NCBI GenBank assembly: GCA_017654855.1
Contig: CM030338.1
Location: 1,054,001-1,118,000 of the forward strand
Reading direction: 5' to 3'
Length of the DNA stretch: 64,000 bases
Source: Podospora anserina
Lineage: Eukaryota
The number at the start of each line of letters is the position of its first letter. Position 1 is the stretch's first letter. Under the pieces are notes generated by a model, which searched no databases, had not been told where the DNA came from, and worked only from the letters and a program-made list of their open reading frames with translations. This document shows, one piece after another, positions 40,600-53,425 of the stretch. The translations under genes and the position numbers were made by a program.

Positions 40600-42048
40600 G
40601 AGATAGGCGTTCGGAAGAAGACTCGCCGGCATCAGGGAAAGGGCAAGAAACAGAAGAAGAAGGAGAAGAAGAGGATTGTTGTGAGCTGCTGAGAATAATG
40701 AGGAGGTTGGCTTGGCAGATGAAGATCAAGGGCAATAAACTGGCTGCTAATGGATGGCCTTGAATGCCCGGGTTTAGTGCGCCTTGGGGTAGCAGGCAGC
40801 ACCGGGCGGTGGTTTTAGCTGGGTGATTGAGCTTGCAGCGGCAGTAGTAACTACGATAGTTATGAGCAGAAAAGCAAAAATAAAACAGTCTGAACGAAGG
40901 CCGTTGCGCCTGATGATCCACGTTCTCTTCTGTAGAGTTCCCAGATCCATCTCAACAGCTATGGCCCCAGGTGGTGTGTATGTCAAGGTCGAGCCGCTTC
41001 TCCAAACAGCCGGATAGGTGGAAGCATGGAAATTCCAGGTACGTACCTAGACCACTGGAGATATCATAGCTCTTTTTGATACCATCAGACATCTCATCCA
41101 ATGCCACCAAATTCATTCCCATCCTCCCATACAATTCCCCAGGACGATCCTAAGAACCGGCATGTGGAACACTGTTATCATGCACCCATATACCATCACA
41201 CGCACAAGGCCAAAGCTCGGTCGACGCCCACTGCCCGTTGATGCACCTTGTCGATTGGGATAGAGGTAGGATCTTGTATTTCTACAAGCTGGGGGTTTAC
41301 TGGGACTGTTTGGTCAAAGGCCCAGTGCAGTCACTGAAGTTGGTTTACCATTTCCATAAACAGCTACTTGCCATGTTCTATAATGGATGGTATCAGCAAT
41401 CCCAACGAAGAAAGCTCAAAGAGCTTCATGAGAACCAAGTCCAAGCTCAACACGTGAAAAAGCATGATACCTCATCATCCTCGCACATGAAAGAGATGAA
41501 ACCCGTGTATAAGCTTTATTTACCTTCTTCTTGACGATCAAAACCTCCCTATAGTGGTCCCGCGGAGAGAGTAGGAGCTAAGAAGGCTAGACTCTTTCGG
41601 CATTTGATGTCCTCGTGGCAGCTTTTCTGGGGAACCCGGCATACCTCGTTATAAAACATAGCAATTCGTTCGTCATCCATAAATATCATGCTATAGGCAT
41701 CTGTTTATAGTATATACGTACCGAAACGCAAGAAAGTTCATGGTTGCTCGTAGTCTGTTTATAAGCCGGATCAAGCGGGCATCCATCTCCTTTACATTTC
41801 GTTCGACAATCAGCACTGTCTTCATTTTCCACACCCCCAACAGCATATCTACTCGAACAGCGGCCAGGTCGAGAGGAACCACTGCAGTTGGTTACAACAC
41901 TATTTTCACAAACAGCTACGTGCGTTACTTATCATACTTTACCTGATCGATCGATAGCACCACCCCAAGCCCCAGCGAAGAAGCCTTCAGAGACTGATAG
42001 TCCAAGCCTTGACACGTTCAAAGCAAAACATCTAGCACTTGTTAAAAA

Positions 42049-42057
<9 letters not shown>

Positions 42058-42087
<30 letters not shown>
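42058..42087 (+). repeat. (GA)n microsatellite preceded by a poly-A run
   Basis: Read directly from the sequence. Confidence 0.9.
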
Positions 42088-42089
<2 letters not shown>

Positions 42090-42176
42090 AACAACCTCAT
42101 GTGTGGACATATTGCTTTCATCTACGCGCTTATTTACCCAACTATATATAGCTTCATTCAAAATCAAAAAGAAAAA

Positions 42177-43014
42177 TCAAATCTTACTCCCCACCAACCC
42201 CCCCAACGCCCTCTTAGTCTCATTCCCCGTATCCTTGACCAGGTTCACAATCCCCTTGAACTCCGGCACAGCCGCATCCCCCATCAGCTCGTAAATCCAG
42301 CTCTCACTGCTCGTGACCACCGCCCCGGCCTGCCTCAGCCTCGCAAGCGCGATGGGGACCTCTTCCTTGTTTGTCGAGCTGACGCCGTCTGCCAGGACGT
42401 AGACTTTATGTCCTGCCGCTAGCAGGTCGAGCGCAGTTTGAGTGACGCAGATGTGGGACTCGATGCCCACGATGGCGACCTGGGCGGGGGAGGAGAAGAC
42501 GGGGTCGGAGAGGATGGGGGGGATGAACATGCTGAAGCGGGTTTTGTCGATATCGGCCTTGACGGTTGTGCGGGCGAGGTGGGGTTTGAGCTCGGCGACG
42601 GTGTCGCCCAGGCGGGACCGGTTTTGGGTGGTGACGAAGACGGGGACGGAGAGGACGGTGGAGGCGCGGAGGAGTTTGGAGGTTGTGGAGATTCTATTGT
42701 GGGGGGTGTAAGTATTACTTGCTACATAACTAGATGAAGGGGGTGCCTACACTTTGTCGAACTCGTGGATGGCAGGGCGGAATTTCTCTTGGATGTCGCA
42801 GACGCTATTGTGGTGAGTTAGTCGATTGTGAGAACTGGGTGGGCGATAGCCATGTTCATGAGAGATGAGGTGGGAGAGTAATGTGCAATTAACATACAAA
42901 ACAGCTGGGTTTTCTACATCAATCCATCATCATCAGCAACACGCTCCCTCATGACGGGTCTCAAGAGTAAAACATACGAAACCGCCTCTGCGGCGCCGGA
43001 GCAGGAGAAGACAT
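42177..43014 (-). CDS. Isochorismatase-family hydrolase (ISOC1/2, YcaC-like)
   Basis: Four exons, including a 16-nt exon 42913..42898, give FVCDIQEKFRPAI, TTQN...LGDTV, KTRFSM and GIESHICVTQTALDL; the protein ends -SKI*. Confidence 0.88.
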
Positions 43015-43529
43015 GGTCGCCCTGTTGAGTATAGAATACGATCTCGCCTGAGTTGAGATGATTGAAGCTAAAGGTGTAAATTGTCTCCCGAGTGTTGATG
43101 TAATTGTCGGTTTGAAGCAAACTCGCAAGCTCATATTATTATGAGATCAGAAGATATGATGACTCAATTGTCCAGCCATGAAAGAAATAGGAAAGGGAGC
43201 ATCGGATCGATGACAGGATTAAGAAAGAGCGGGGCAACGGAACCGACGCCGAGCATGCGGGACGGCCGCGGCCGGCGGCGCAACACTAACACGCACGCAC
43301 GTTGGGGTAAACGATTCCGGGGGTGGGACAATGCCGGTTGCCTTCCTTCCCCGCATAAAAAGAGGTGGCGATCTCAAAATTGGTGACATGTGGAAATGTT
43401 AAGTGGGGGTAACTTCATGAAGGGCTTTAGAGATCTCATCAACGTGTAAGTCGACTTGTAGAATGTCACCGGGTTAGGGTTATGTTTAGCCCCTGAATGG
43501 AGCCATTATCCTACATCCTGGCCCTGCGT

Positions 43530-45283
43530 TTAAAGGTCCGTAACCGTCACCTTGGCCCTCTCCAACCACTTCATGTCCCCACTCACAGTGGCAGTCCGGA
43601 TATTGTACAATTCGTCCAGGAAGGCCGAGATGAAGGTCCCAGGCCCCTTGACGTCCTCCCTCTCAGCGGCAATCTCGGCCGCAATCTCGAAATGCAGCAT
43701 CGCCGTGACCACAGCCCATAGCTTGTCCTCTTTATGGTGCACAGCCAAGGCCACTGAGATCGCCGTCCCAAGTGTGCACCCCGTTCCCGTGACAAGACCC
43801 AGATATTCGTGTCCATTGGCGACAGTAACAGCCGAATATCCATCACTGACGTAGTCCGTCTTTCCAGTCATCACTACCACGCTCTGTTCCCTCCTGGCCA
43901 ACTTCACAACAAGGTCGAGTTTGTTTTCGGGTGTGAGACTGTCGACGCTGTCGACGCCTTTTTGTTGCTCGCCGTCCACCGCGCCCCAGACCGTCTTGAT
44001 CTCGCCTTCGTTGCCCTTGATGACGTCGAGGTAGCCGTTGGCGAGGATGGATCTGACGGCCTCCCTCCTAACTGAAGTTGCCCCTGCACCAACAGGATCA
44101 AAAACAACCGGCTGAACGGCCACATTGTAAGCCTGGAGCGCCTTGTAATAGTTCAGCAGCCCCTCGGGGGTGACGGTGCCCATGTTGACCACCAGCGAAC
44201 CTCCCAACTTGGACAAATCGGCAGCCTCCTCGCCGTAATTAGCCATGATGGGTGAGCCACCGACTGCCAGAGCGACATTTGCAGCAAAGTTTTGTACCAC
44301 CTGCCCCTTCGTCAGTATCATCTCCCCTCAGAATGTGCTTGGAAACATACCAAATTCGTCATATTGTGCGTCAATGGCTTGGCCTCATGCACCTTCTTGA
44401 TGATATCCCCCGCCACCTCCAACACCCCCTTACTCGCTCTAGCCCCCATCAGACTGCTGCCCCTGAACTTGTCGTATGATTTGACCAGCGTCAGAAGCTC
44501 TTTGCTTGCCTCCTCAGGGTCATCGGCAGACATGATGGCGCTGACAACAGCCACACCATTCAAGGTGAGCCACCCTGGCTTGCCATCAACATGCCGGCTC
44601 TGGTACATAATACGCGCGATGTTGTATTTGTTGAGACCGCCGATACAGACGGTTCTGACCTTGTCGTAGCAGCCGGCCGTCTCCATGGCGGCGAGGATCT
44701 CACGAACTCCGGCGGCACCGATGATGGCCTTGGTATTTGTTTTCCTTTATTTTGTCAGTAGTCTACCATCAAGTCGAAGAGGAGGCTACTCACGTCGGAG
44801 TGGCGTATACGGTGCCAATACCCAAGTAGTCGGCTCCGTTTTTGCAGGCGATGAGGGCCTCTTCCACATTGCTGACGGTTACTCCGATGATCTTGTCGTC
44901 ACCGAGTAATTTCCTGGCCGTCTCCAAATCTGTGTTTGTCATTCCGAAGTCAGCAACCGAATAGATGAGAAGGATATCGCCTCAAAGAACTCACCCATAT
45001 CATCCTGCCCGATATGCACACCCTCACACCCCACCGCCAGCGCGACATCCACCCTATCATTGATCAAAAGAGGCACATTATACTTCTTGGTCAACTCATG
45101 CAGCCTCTTCGCTATAGACACCAACTCGCCCGTGTCGGCCGTCTTTTCGCGAAGCTGAACGAGGCTCACCCCTCCACGGAGGGCTTGCTCAACGACATCA
45201 AAAAACCGGGATGGGTCCTTGAGCACGGCGGGTGTGGAGTCAGTTACCAAGTAAAGGTGGTAGTCGACGTGTGGTTTCGGCAT
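43530..45283 (-). CDS. THI6: Bifunctional thiamine-phosphate synthase / hydroxyethylthiazole kinase
   Basis: N-terminal domain DYHLYLVTD, VQLREK, LLINDRVDVALA, GVHIGQDD. C-terminal domain HNMTNLVVQNFAAN, FDPVGAGAT, IKGNEGEI, TGTGC. Several short introns. Confidence 0.93.
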
Positions 45284-46496
45284 CGTGAAAGCAAAAGATT
45301 GGATGACAGTTGTGAGATTATCGGGCTGAGATGAGCGGTTGGGGATGTGAGTGAGTGAGTAAGTGACCGACTGAGTGGGGTCAAACTTTGAGCCTTGAGA
45401 GAGAATAGAGAGCGCTTCAAGTGGCGTCACATCTGGCTCTTTCCGAGACGGCTTGGCGGGGGTAGTCACGGCATTGCAGTGGACAATACAGCTCCTTAGA
45501 GGCTCTTTGCTAATTTTGCTGGAGAATCATCATCAAATCTCTCACAGTTCAGCGTCTTTTACTTCCTATCAAGCATTTTCCACTCTCTTCCCCAAGGCTC
45601 GTTCAAGGGTTAGGGTTGCACATGCCGGATGTAGTTCCCCTTTTCCAAGATGTCACTACCCCTTTTCGACCTTGTCACTCTACGCCCGTTCCCACACACC
45701 CGGACGGACGGGTACTCTGGATATGTAACCACGCAACAGGATATGTCAAATCATTTATGCCCACGAGGCCGGACGAAAGTGCACTGATGCACCCCGCAGT
45801 TTTAATTCCGAGAGGCGTCCATTGCCGCCTCGGGCATTTATTTTGGACGTTGACTCCTTTTAGAGATTCCTGCCCTCTTGCCTTCCAACCTGGCGACCGT
45901 GGGTAGTACCTGGTTAAACTCGGGGGTTGGGGAGGGAGCTGCCCTCGTTCGTGGGCGAAGAAAATGAATTTAACCGCTTCTTGGGTCATGGACAACTTAC
46001 TACATGGCATGGCACTCTAAGAGTCCTGCGGAGAGCGTGCCAGCCAAGATGTTGGATCATATAGAGATATGATGGGGAACTCCAAGTTGAAAGATCGTGA
46101 GTTTGGTGGTGTTGGCTGTTGGAGCAACTGAATTCCAGGTTGGTAGAAAAGCCATTGCAATGTTTGGCTGTATCTGAGAGAGACACCACTAGCAACTCTG
46201 GCTAATACAGACCACCAAAGAACACAGCTTCATCAATATGTCAAGAATTCATAGCACAGACGGGTGCTCATAGTACAGCATGCCGGAAGACGGGCAATTA
46301 ATATGCCTTATACAAGGTAATATCGACTTTCCCAGAAACGTACCACGATGAGAGGGGGGGCTCAAAAGAGAACAAAATTCGGGGCACATGGCAAACACAT
46401 GCATCATGTATAAAACCGTAAAGAATCCCCTTCCCCCCGAGAGACGACGATCCTAGTTATCACACCCACCATCTCTCCCCCCAAAGCCCAGCCAAG

Positions 46497-48010
46497 ATGC
46501 GCCTCGCCGGAACATTCCTCACAGCAGCGGCTGCCATCACCGGCGCCGCTGCTGCCCCTGGCACAACCACCCTCGGTCCCCGCCAGCAGTCCTCCACCAT
46601 CACCGTCGACCTCACCCGCACTTTTCAGAAAATGGATGGCTTCGGCTTCAGTCTCGCCTTCCAGCGCGCCAATCTCATCACGAACATGTCTGACAAGACC
46701 AAGCAAAAGGAGCTCCTCGACCTCCTGTTCAACCGCACCACCGGAGCAGGCTTCACCATCCTCCGCAATGGCATTGGCTCCACACCCAACAGCAACTCCG
46801 ACTTCATGAACACCATCGCCCCTCGCAATCCGGGGGGCCCAAGAGCTACGCCCCAGTATGTCTGGGACGGCAAAGACAGTGGCCAGCTCTGGGTATCCCA
46901 ACAAGCCGTCCAGCAATACCGCGTGAAGCAGATTTACGCCAGCAAGCACACCCCTAATTCCCCCCCTTTCCCGCGGTCTCTGACGCTTTCCCAGACGCCT
47001 GGTCAGCCCCAGGCTACATGAAAACAAACAACAACGACGCCAACGGCGGCACCCTCTGTGGGGTCCCGGGAGCATCATGCTCATCCGGAGACTGGCGACA
47101 GGCCTACGCCGACTACCTGGTAGCTTACATCAAGTTTTATGCTCAGGAGGGCGTCCCCATCACCCACCTCGGCTTCCTCAACGAGCCAGACTACACCGCC
47201 AGCTACGCGAGCATGAGATCAGACGGGAACCAAGCAGCCGACTTTATCAAGATCCTCTACCCAACCCTCGAAGCCGCCAACCTGACCAGCCAACTCGGCA
47301 TCGCCTGCTGCGAGACGATGGGCTGGGGCAGCGCCGTCAACATGATCAACTCGATTCGCTCTCAAGGGCAAGAAGGAAGGCTCAAGACTGTGACGAGTCA
47401 CACTTATACTGGTGGACCGTCAAGCCCGCTGAATAGTCGGAACCCTGTTTGGTTTTCTGAGCAATGTGATTTGAATGGGCAGTGGACGACGTCTTGGTAC
47501 AGCAACGGCGGTGCAGGGGAGGGCTTGACCTGGGCGAATAACGTATATTCTGCGGTCGTGAACTACAACGCGTCGGGGTACCTCTACTGGGAGGGGGTTC
47601 AGTGGCCCAACCCCAACACCAACGAAAAGATCATCCGGGTGGACAACAGGACAAACACTTATGAAGTCTCAAAAAGGCTCTGGGCGTTTGCCAACTGGAG
47701 CAGGTATGTCCGGCCGGGGGCGGTCAGGGTTGGTACGTCGGGGGGTAGCGGGCTGAGGACGGCGGCGTTTAGGAACGAGGATGGGACGATTGCTGTCGTG
47801 GTGATTTCTACCACGGGGAGTGCGGTGAATGTGAGTGTTCGGGTTAGTGGAGGGGGGACGCCGAGTTATGCGCAGGCTTTTGTGTCGGATAATACTAGGA
47901 ATGCGGCGAGCACGCCGGCGACGTTGGGGGCGGACGGGACGGTGAGTGGGCAGGTGGCTGCGAGGAGTATAACTACGTTTTTTATACTGCCTGGGGCGAG
48001 GAAGTCGTGA
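46497..48010 (+). CDS. Secreted glycoside hydrolase family 30 (GH30_7-like xylanase)
   Basis: Signal peptide, FQKMDGFGFS, ILRNGIGS, YANAWSAPGYMK (across GC-AG intron 46942..46994), acid/base GFLNEPD and putative nucleophile WFSE. Confidence 0.85.
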
Positions 48011-48349
48011 GGTGGACGTGATGGAGAGATTTTGATTTTTGAGAAGGGGGTGGATGAAGCGTATATCTCACATTAAGCTGAGCAGATAAATCCCTGGCTG
48101 CGGTTGAAGACCTGGTCAATCCTTTCGGCCGGCTGCATCCTCCTATGGTGGTGCCAGGGCGACCGACTTCTACGTCACACAAGCAGGAAGCCACAACGAA
48201 CGTCAGGTCATGAGACAGCTTCACGGTAGAGTTTAACAACATTCTTTTCCCGGCAAATATCCAAAATGTTGCACCGTTCACGGTTTTGTAAATTCTCACG
48301 TATCAAAACAAACCCCCAACGCCAAACCAAAACCCGCCATCCCAACCTC

Positions 48350-49961
48350 CTAAAAAGCCGTCAGCCCCCTCAAAATAGGATACTCCCTCCCATCAATCAC
48401 CTCCGTATCCATCACCCACTCATCCCCCTCCCCCTCTTCCTCCACATCCGCCTGCTCCCCATTCTCCAAATACTCCCCCCTCTTCCACCTCGGGTTACAA
48501 TTCCCCGGCATAAACTTGGCCGCATCCATCTTCAACGTCATCTTCACCTCGGGACAATAATCCCAAATATGCTTCCTCAACTCTGGCGTCCCCCACACCT
48601 TGCTATGTAGATACTTCCCCCCTCCCCCAGTATGATACCCCATCGGCTCATAAAACCCATGCCGCCAGTCATCCACCCCCTCAGTATAAGGCTTCACCGG
48701 CTCCCCCGCGGTACCATTTACAGGGAACGTCCCGTTAGACGGCAGCTCCTCATCCGGCAGCAACGGCGCCGGCGCAGTCAAGGCAGGGTCAGGGTTGTTG
48801 ATATCAACCTTTTTCCCCGAATGCTGCTCCCCAGAAAAGGCACTCGACACGCTGCCGTTGGCCATCATATTCCCGATCCGGTGGCCCAGCCTGTCAGAAA
48901 GCCAGACATCCTCCGGCTCGGAGCCGTCTTTTCGCGTTTGGTGTTTTAGGACTTCGACAATGGCGCTCACACGGCGAAGTGAGAGCCCGCCGTTACCACC
49001 GTACCGAGCATTCGGCGACCAGGGCGCACCCACCCAGTCGTATTCCAAGAATTCGTTTAGATTCCTTCGTGAGTTTGCGCAGAGGATGGAGTCGGTCTGG
49101 AAGACGAGCAGCCATTCGGCTGGTTGGAGGACCACTTCGTATAACCAGCGGTTGGTCAAGAATCGGGAGATCTCCTCCTGGGATCCCGTCGTCATGTTGG
49201 AGGGGATGTAAGTCAGGTCTAGCTTCCCCGCGGCGACCTGGGAGCGGATGGCGGAGGATTTGTTGATGTGGGCTACGGATTCGTACGAGCCCATGAAGCG
49301 GAAGCGCCAGTCGGGGGGGACCACGCCCATGAAGTGGAGCATGAGGGGGGCGAGGATGGGGTCGGGGCGGTTTTCAATTAGGAGAGCGACCTTGGAGGCG
49401 TTGTAGCGGCTTGCCTGGACTTGGTAGTGGTGTTTTTGGTTGGTGAGGGTGATGGAGGGGAGGGTGATGAGGGAGGATTCGATGGCTAGGTGGGAGAGGT
49501 AGGTTGCGAGGGCTCTGTGGTGGTGGTGGTGGTGTGTTAGTAGAATTTCTGGTGGTGGTGGTGGTGGTGGTGGTGATGGTGGCGATGGTGGTGATGGTGG
49601 TGATACTAAACGGATTGCGCTGCACTTACAAGAAAACAAACACTCCTCCCATCAATCGCATCCGCCTGCTCGTCCTCCCCCACAGCGCGCTCCCTAGCAG
49701 CTTCCCCTTTTGCCATGACATGACTACTTTCTCGCTGAAATTCACCTCCCCGAACGCCGTTCTCTTCTCTGCAAAGTGTTTGTTGAGATAGGACACCGCC
49801 CCGGAGGCGGATTCTCTGACGCTCCCCGCGCGAGGAGTGTGGTTGTCGAGAAATGATACCGCTTCGGCGGTGGATTCTCTAAACCTAACCATGCGCGGGC
49901 CGCCACTTGAATTTGAAGCAAAGTCGCGTACCCGCTCCAGGGTCTGCGCAAGCTTGTCCAT
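48350..49961 (-). CDS. DUF5672-like type II membrane protein (putative glycosyltransferase), paralogue A
   Basis: YNASKVALLIE, VVPPDWRFRF, FQTDSILCANS, DWVGAPW, GNGGLSLRRVS and PEDVW. Intron 49629..49515 falls within the hydrophobic anchor. Confidence 0.75.
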
Positions 49962-50975
49962 TGTTCGCTATTGGCGGCTCTCAAGGCACCGTAGCAGTGG
50001 AGAGGACCCTCAGTAAGCCGATCGCGCTATAGCATCTCGGCGGAAAGATGGTCGTCAACCCGTACGTGGTGATGATGCGTGGTGTAGACAGATCTCTCGT
50101 CAGTCGGAGGGAGAGAAGCAGTAATGCAATGTCTGACACGCGCTATCTACTGCAGTATCTGATTACAAGGGGGAAAAAAGGGGATGTGATCACCCCCTTC
50201 GCCCCTCCCTGCGATCCTTCTGTTCAGCTGAGAGCCTGGTGAGCGATACTTGGTTGGTACTTTTGAGGGCTCTCCCGCTTTCAGACCCAATCCGGAATGG
50301 CTGACGAGAGCCCAGGTGCAGTTGATGCAGAGCGGCGCAGCTTTGATTGCTTCGTGGTCGACGGGCTATCGGTGCGCGACCAGATGTCATGTCTGGCAAC
50401 CCGAGCACTCCGGTCCGATGCCAATTCGGTTCTGCTTTTGTACCACAATGCTCAGTTGGTGAGAAAAAAAGCCGTCGGTGATTTCATCATTGTCATCGAG
50501 GAAAACAATCCATTAATGACTTAGCCTTTTCCAGCTAGACTTGACCCAGGAACGCGGTCTGACCTGCCAAGACTGCATTCATAAATGAAGAGGCGCTGTG
50601 CTCCCGTCATCAGTGCTGGGGATGATCTGCAGGATCCCTTATTAATGGCACCAATTCGGGCTTTCAGAGGGCTGATGGTGCAATTCCGAAAGTCGAAGTC
50701 GGGGAAGACCACCGGCAGCGTGTGAGTGGTTGGTCCCCCCCCGGAATGTACCATCAAGGTACCTGCATCCCACTTCTTGCCTCTCCCTGTCTGTCAGCCT
50801 GCATCTCGGTTCGTTTGGAATTTCTTCAATTCCCCTTCGCATCTGACACACCTCGCTGTAATGAACCAGTGAGTCCGTTGTCGGTACTGTCGTGATCATA
50901 TCTCCCATCCCATCATGACCTAGGATTTCTCCACCGCCGGCCCCAAACTTCCAGCGACGACATCACATTTTCACC

Positions 50976-52027
50976 ATGGCGACATCGCCGACATCAGGCG
51001 CGTTTCCTGGCCCATTCACCATTACGCGAACCAAGGTCTTCCTGCTGGTTTCCCTGGCATTGACGTGAGCTTATCCCAACATTCAAATTGCCAAACCTGA
51101 GCAGCCTGCTAATCCGGTCCATTCAGCTGGTGGTTTGCCTCCCTGTTTCCGCACTACAAGCCAGTGATTCAGGAGACGTTCAAGGCGAGATTAAACGATG
51201 CGCTCCTGAAGCTACCATCCATCCAAGTCGACTGGGACACGTCGGTGGAGGTTTCTGAGGCATACAATGCGTCCAAAGTCGCCATCATAATCGAGCCAAG
51301 GCCACTGCCGCATCTTGTACCGCACATCTTGTACATGATGAACGTGGTGCCCCCTGAATGGCGCTTTGTCTTCATAGGCTCAAAAGGTAGTGTAACGGGC
51401 ATGGAGGAGTCGGCGGCCGTCAAACACCGCCAAATCATCGGGAAGCTGGACTTGATGGTGCTGCCGGAGCCTTGGGAGATTGACTCCAAGGAGAAAGTGT
51501 TTCGAACACTGACGGATATCCGATTTTACGACGAGTTCTTGCCGGGCGTCGAATATTTGTTAAAGTACGAGGCCGACAGCATCTTGTGCGCCAATTCCGA
51601 GGACAGCTTGAACGACTGGCTGGATTGGGACTTTGTTGGCGCACCGAGGAGGGCAGATGATCATTTTGCGGGCAATGGCGGTCTGTCACTTCGACGTGTG
51701 TCAACCATCAAGAGGGTGCTCAGCTTCCAAGCCAGATTGAACGACAGCGACCCCGAGGACGAGTGGTTTGGAAAGCGCGTCTATGTCTTGCCGGGCGCCA
51801 AGGTTGCGTCGGGTGTTGAAGAGGCTCTGGCGGTAGAAGACGTCTACCGCGAGGGAGCCATGGGCTACCATGTTCGTGATGGTGGCAATAACATTGCTGA
51901 TGCTGTCTGGAAGCAGCCTGAGCAAAGGAAGAAGATATTTCAATATTGCCCAGAGTTGACCATGATCATGGAGATGAAGCTCGAGAGGCAGCGGTGTCCA
52001 GGGGATAAGGGGACGGGTCGCGAATGA
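50976..52027 (+). CDS. DUF5672-like type II membrane protein, paralogue B
   Basis: YNASKVAIIIE, VVPPEWRFVF, YEADSILCANS, DFVGAP, GNGGLSLRRVS and PEDEW. Intron 51065..51126 falls within the hydrophobic anchor. Confidence 0.75.
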
Positions 52028-53425
52028 GGTGTTGGTTCGATGAGTTTGGTAGGAACTGGCAACGTTGGAAATGGAACACGGGGTGGGAAGGTAAAAAGGC
52101 AGGATGCATTGGCACGTTACCATGGCGTTGTGGCAATATAATTTCGTATAGGTAGTCTTGGTCAGCAACGGCGCTCTGGTAGTAGCGGAATTGGTCACTT
52201 TTGACATTATTCCACTCGACTGTTCCCATGATGTATGGGATGGCGACAGGAATTTAAGCTTTTTATCGGTCGATTTCGAGACTGAGAAAGAGGGGCACGA
52301 TGCGCCATCCCATCCACACAATCCCTTCGACACATTTCTTACACTCCTCCGAACCCGCCCAGTTGACTTTACAAGTTCAACCAATCCATGCCACCTAATT
52401 CATACCTTTTGCATTTCCAACATTTAGAGAAGCAACCTTGACGTCCAACCTGCAATCCTCATCCGCCGCGCGTTCCGATTCTCCACGGCCGTCGTAGACC
52501 CGACTTCAGCCAAAATACCCTATGGAGATTGTCGTCCACTTCAGGCGTCCATTCTCCAAATTTATAGCATTCTGCCACGTCAGCTCTCGGTACGATTCAA
52601 CAAGCTTTGTCCAAGAAAGACCAAGAAACCAGATCTGCCGGAAAGCAACCATTGCCCGTGAGGCTGATCGCTACCACCTGGGCCGATATCCATCTGGTAG
52701 CTTCAGGGCATCCGGGAATACTTCCGGTGCTCACACCACTCTTGCTCGCTTTCGAGGGACGTTCTCTCAGGTTCAGACTCAGATTATGAGCTGTGTCGGA
52801 ATTCTTTGTGTCTGGTCAAAGACATGTCATTGCATGACATGTCTTGTTTCTGACTTTTGTTTGCTAACTCCTTTCCAGCATTTGCCACTCACTTATCCCC
52901 CAGTGACAGTCTCGTGGTCTATTCCAGAAGACCCTTGAGGTGGCCTCGTTTACCACCCGGGCCGGAGACGATCATACCTTCTATACAGTTCCCCGCTACA
53001 TCATGAAAAGTTCTCATGGCTTCTTAATTCCCGCGCTCCGCAAATAGGAATGATACGCACATCCTGACGAATACCACCCGTGTGGTATCATGGCGCTCAC
53101 AAGGTGTGCCCAGCTTGGTGGCATTTATCGTTTTCAAGACCACCTTTTCCAATGGCCTTACATCAATATTTTTATTTCATATTCGCTTGTCACCCTACCG
53201 CATGTGCCTGCAAGGTCCAGTGCCACCACGGGAACAGCAGCCTGTCCTAGATGGCTTCCTCGCCCTTTCTGGCCCCTATTCTCAAAAACTAGGCCTCGAC
53301 TGTCTAGTTTGTCCCTCATACAACAAGTGTCATGTTGTCAATCTCTATATAAGCTCCATGACCTCTCGTGTTTTCTCTTGCGGGTTTCCTTGTCTATATA
53401 GGTAGATCAAAAGCTCTCGCCAGCC

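Noticed and set aside
43471-43482. Telomere repeat or telomerase template (GGGTTAGGGTTA; similar motif near 45607)
   Set aside because: Only about two units in short intergenic DNA; at most a transcription-factor site.
45283-45480. TPP riboswitch at the thiamine gene THI6
   Set aside because: GCTGAGA occurs on the wrong strand and the remaining aptamer motifs are absent.
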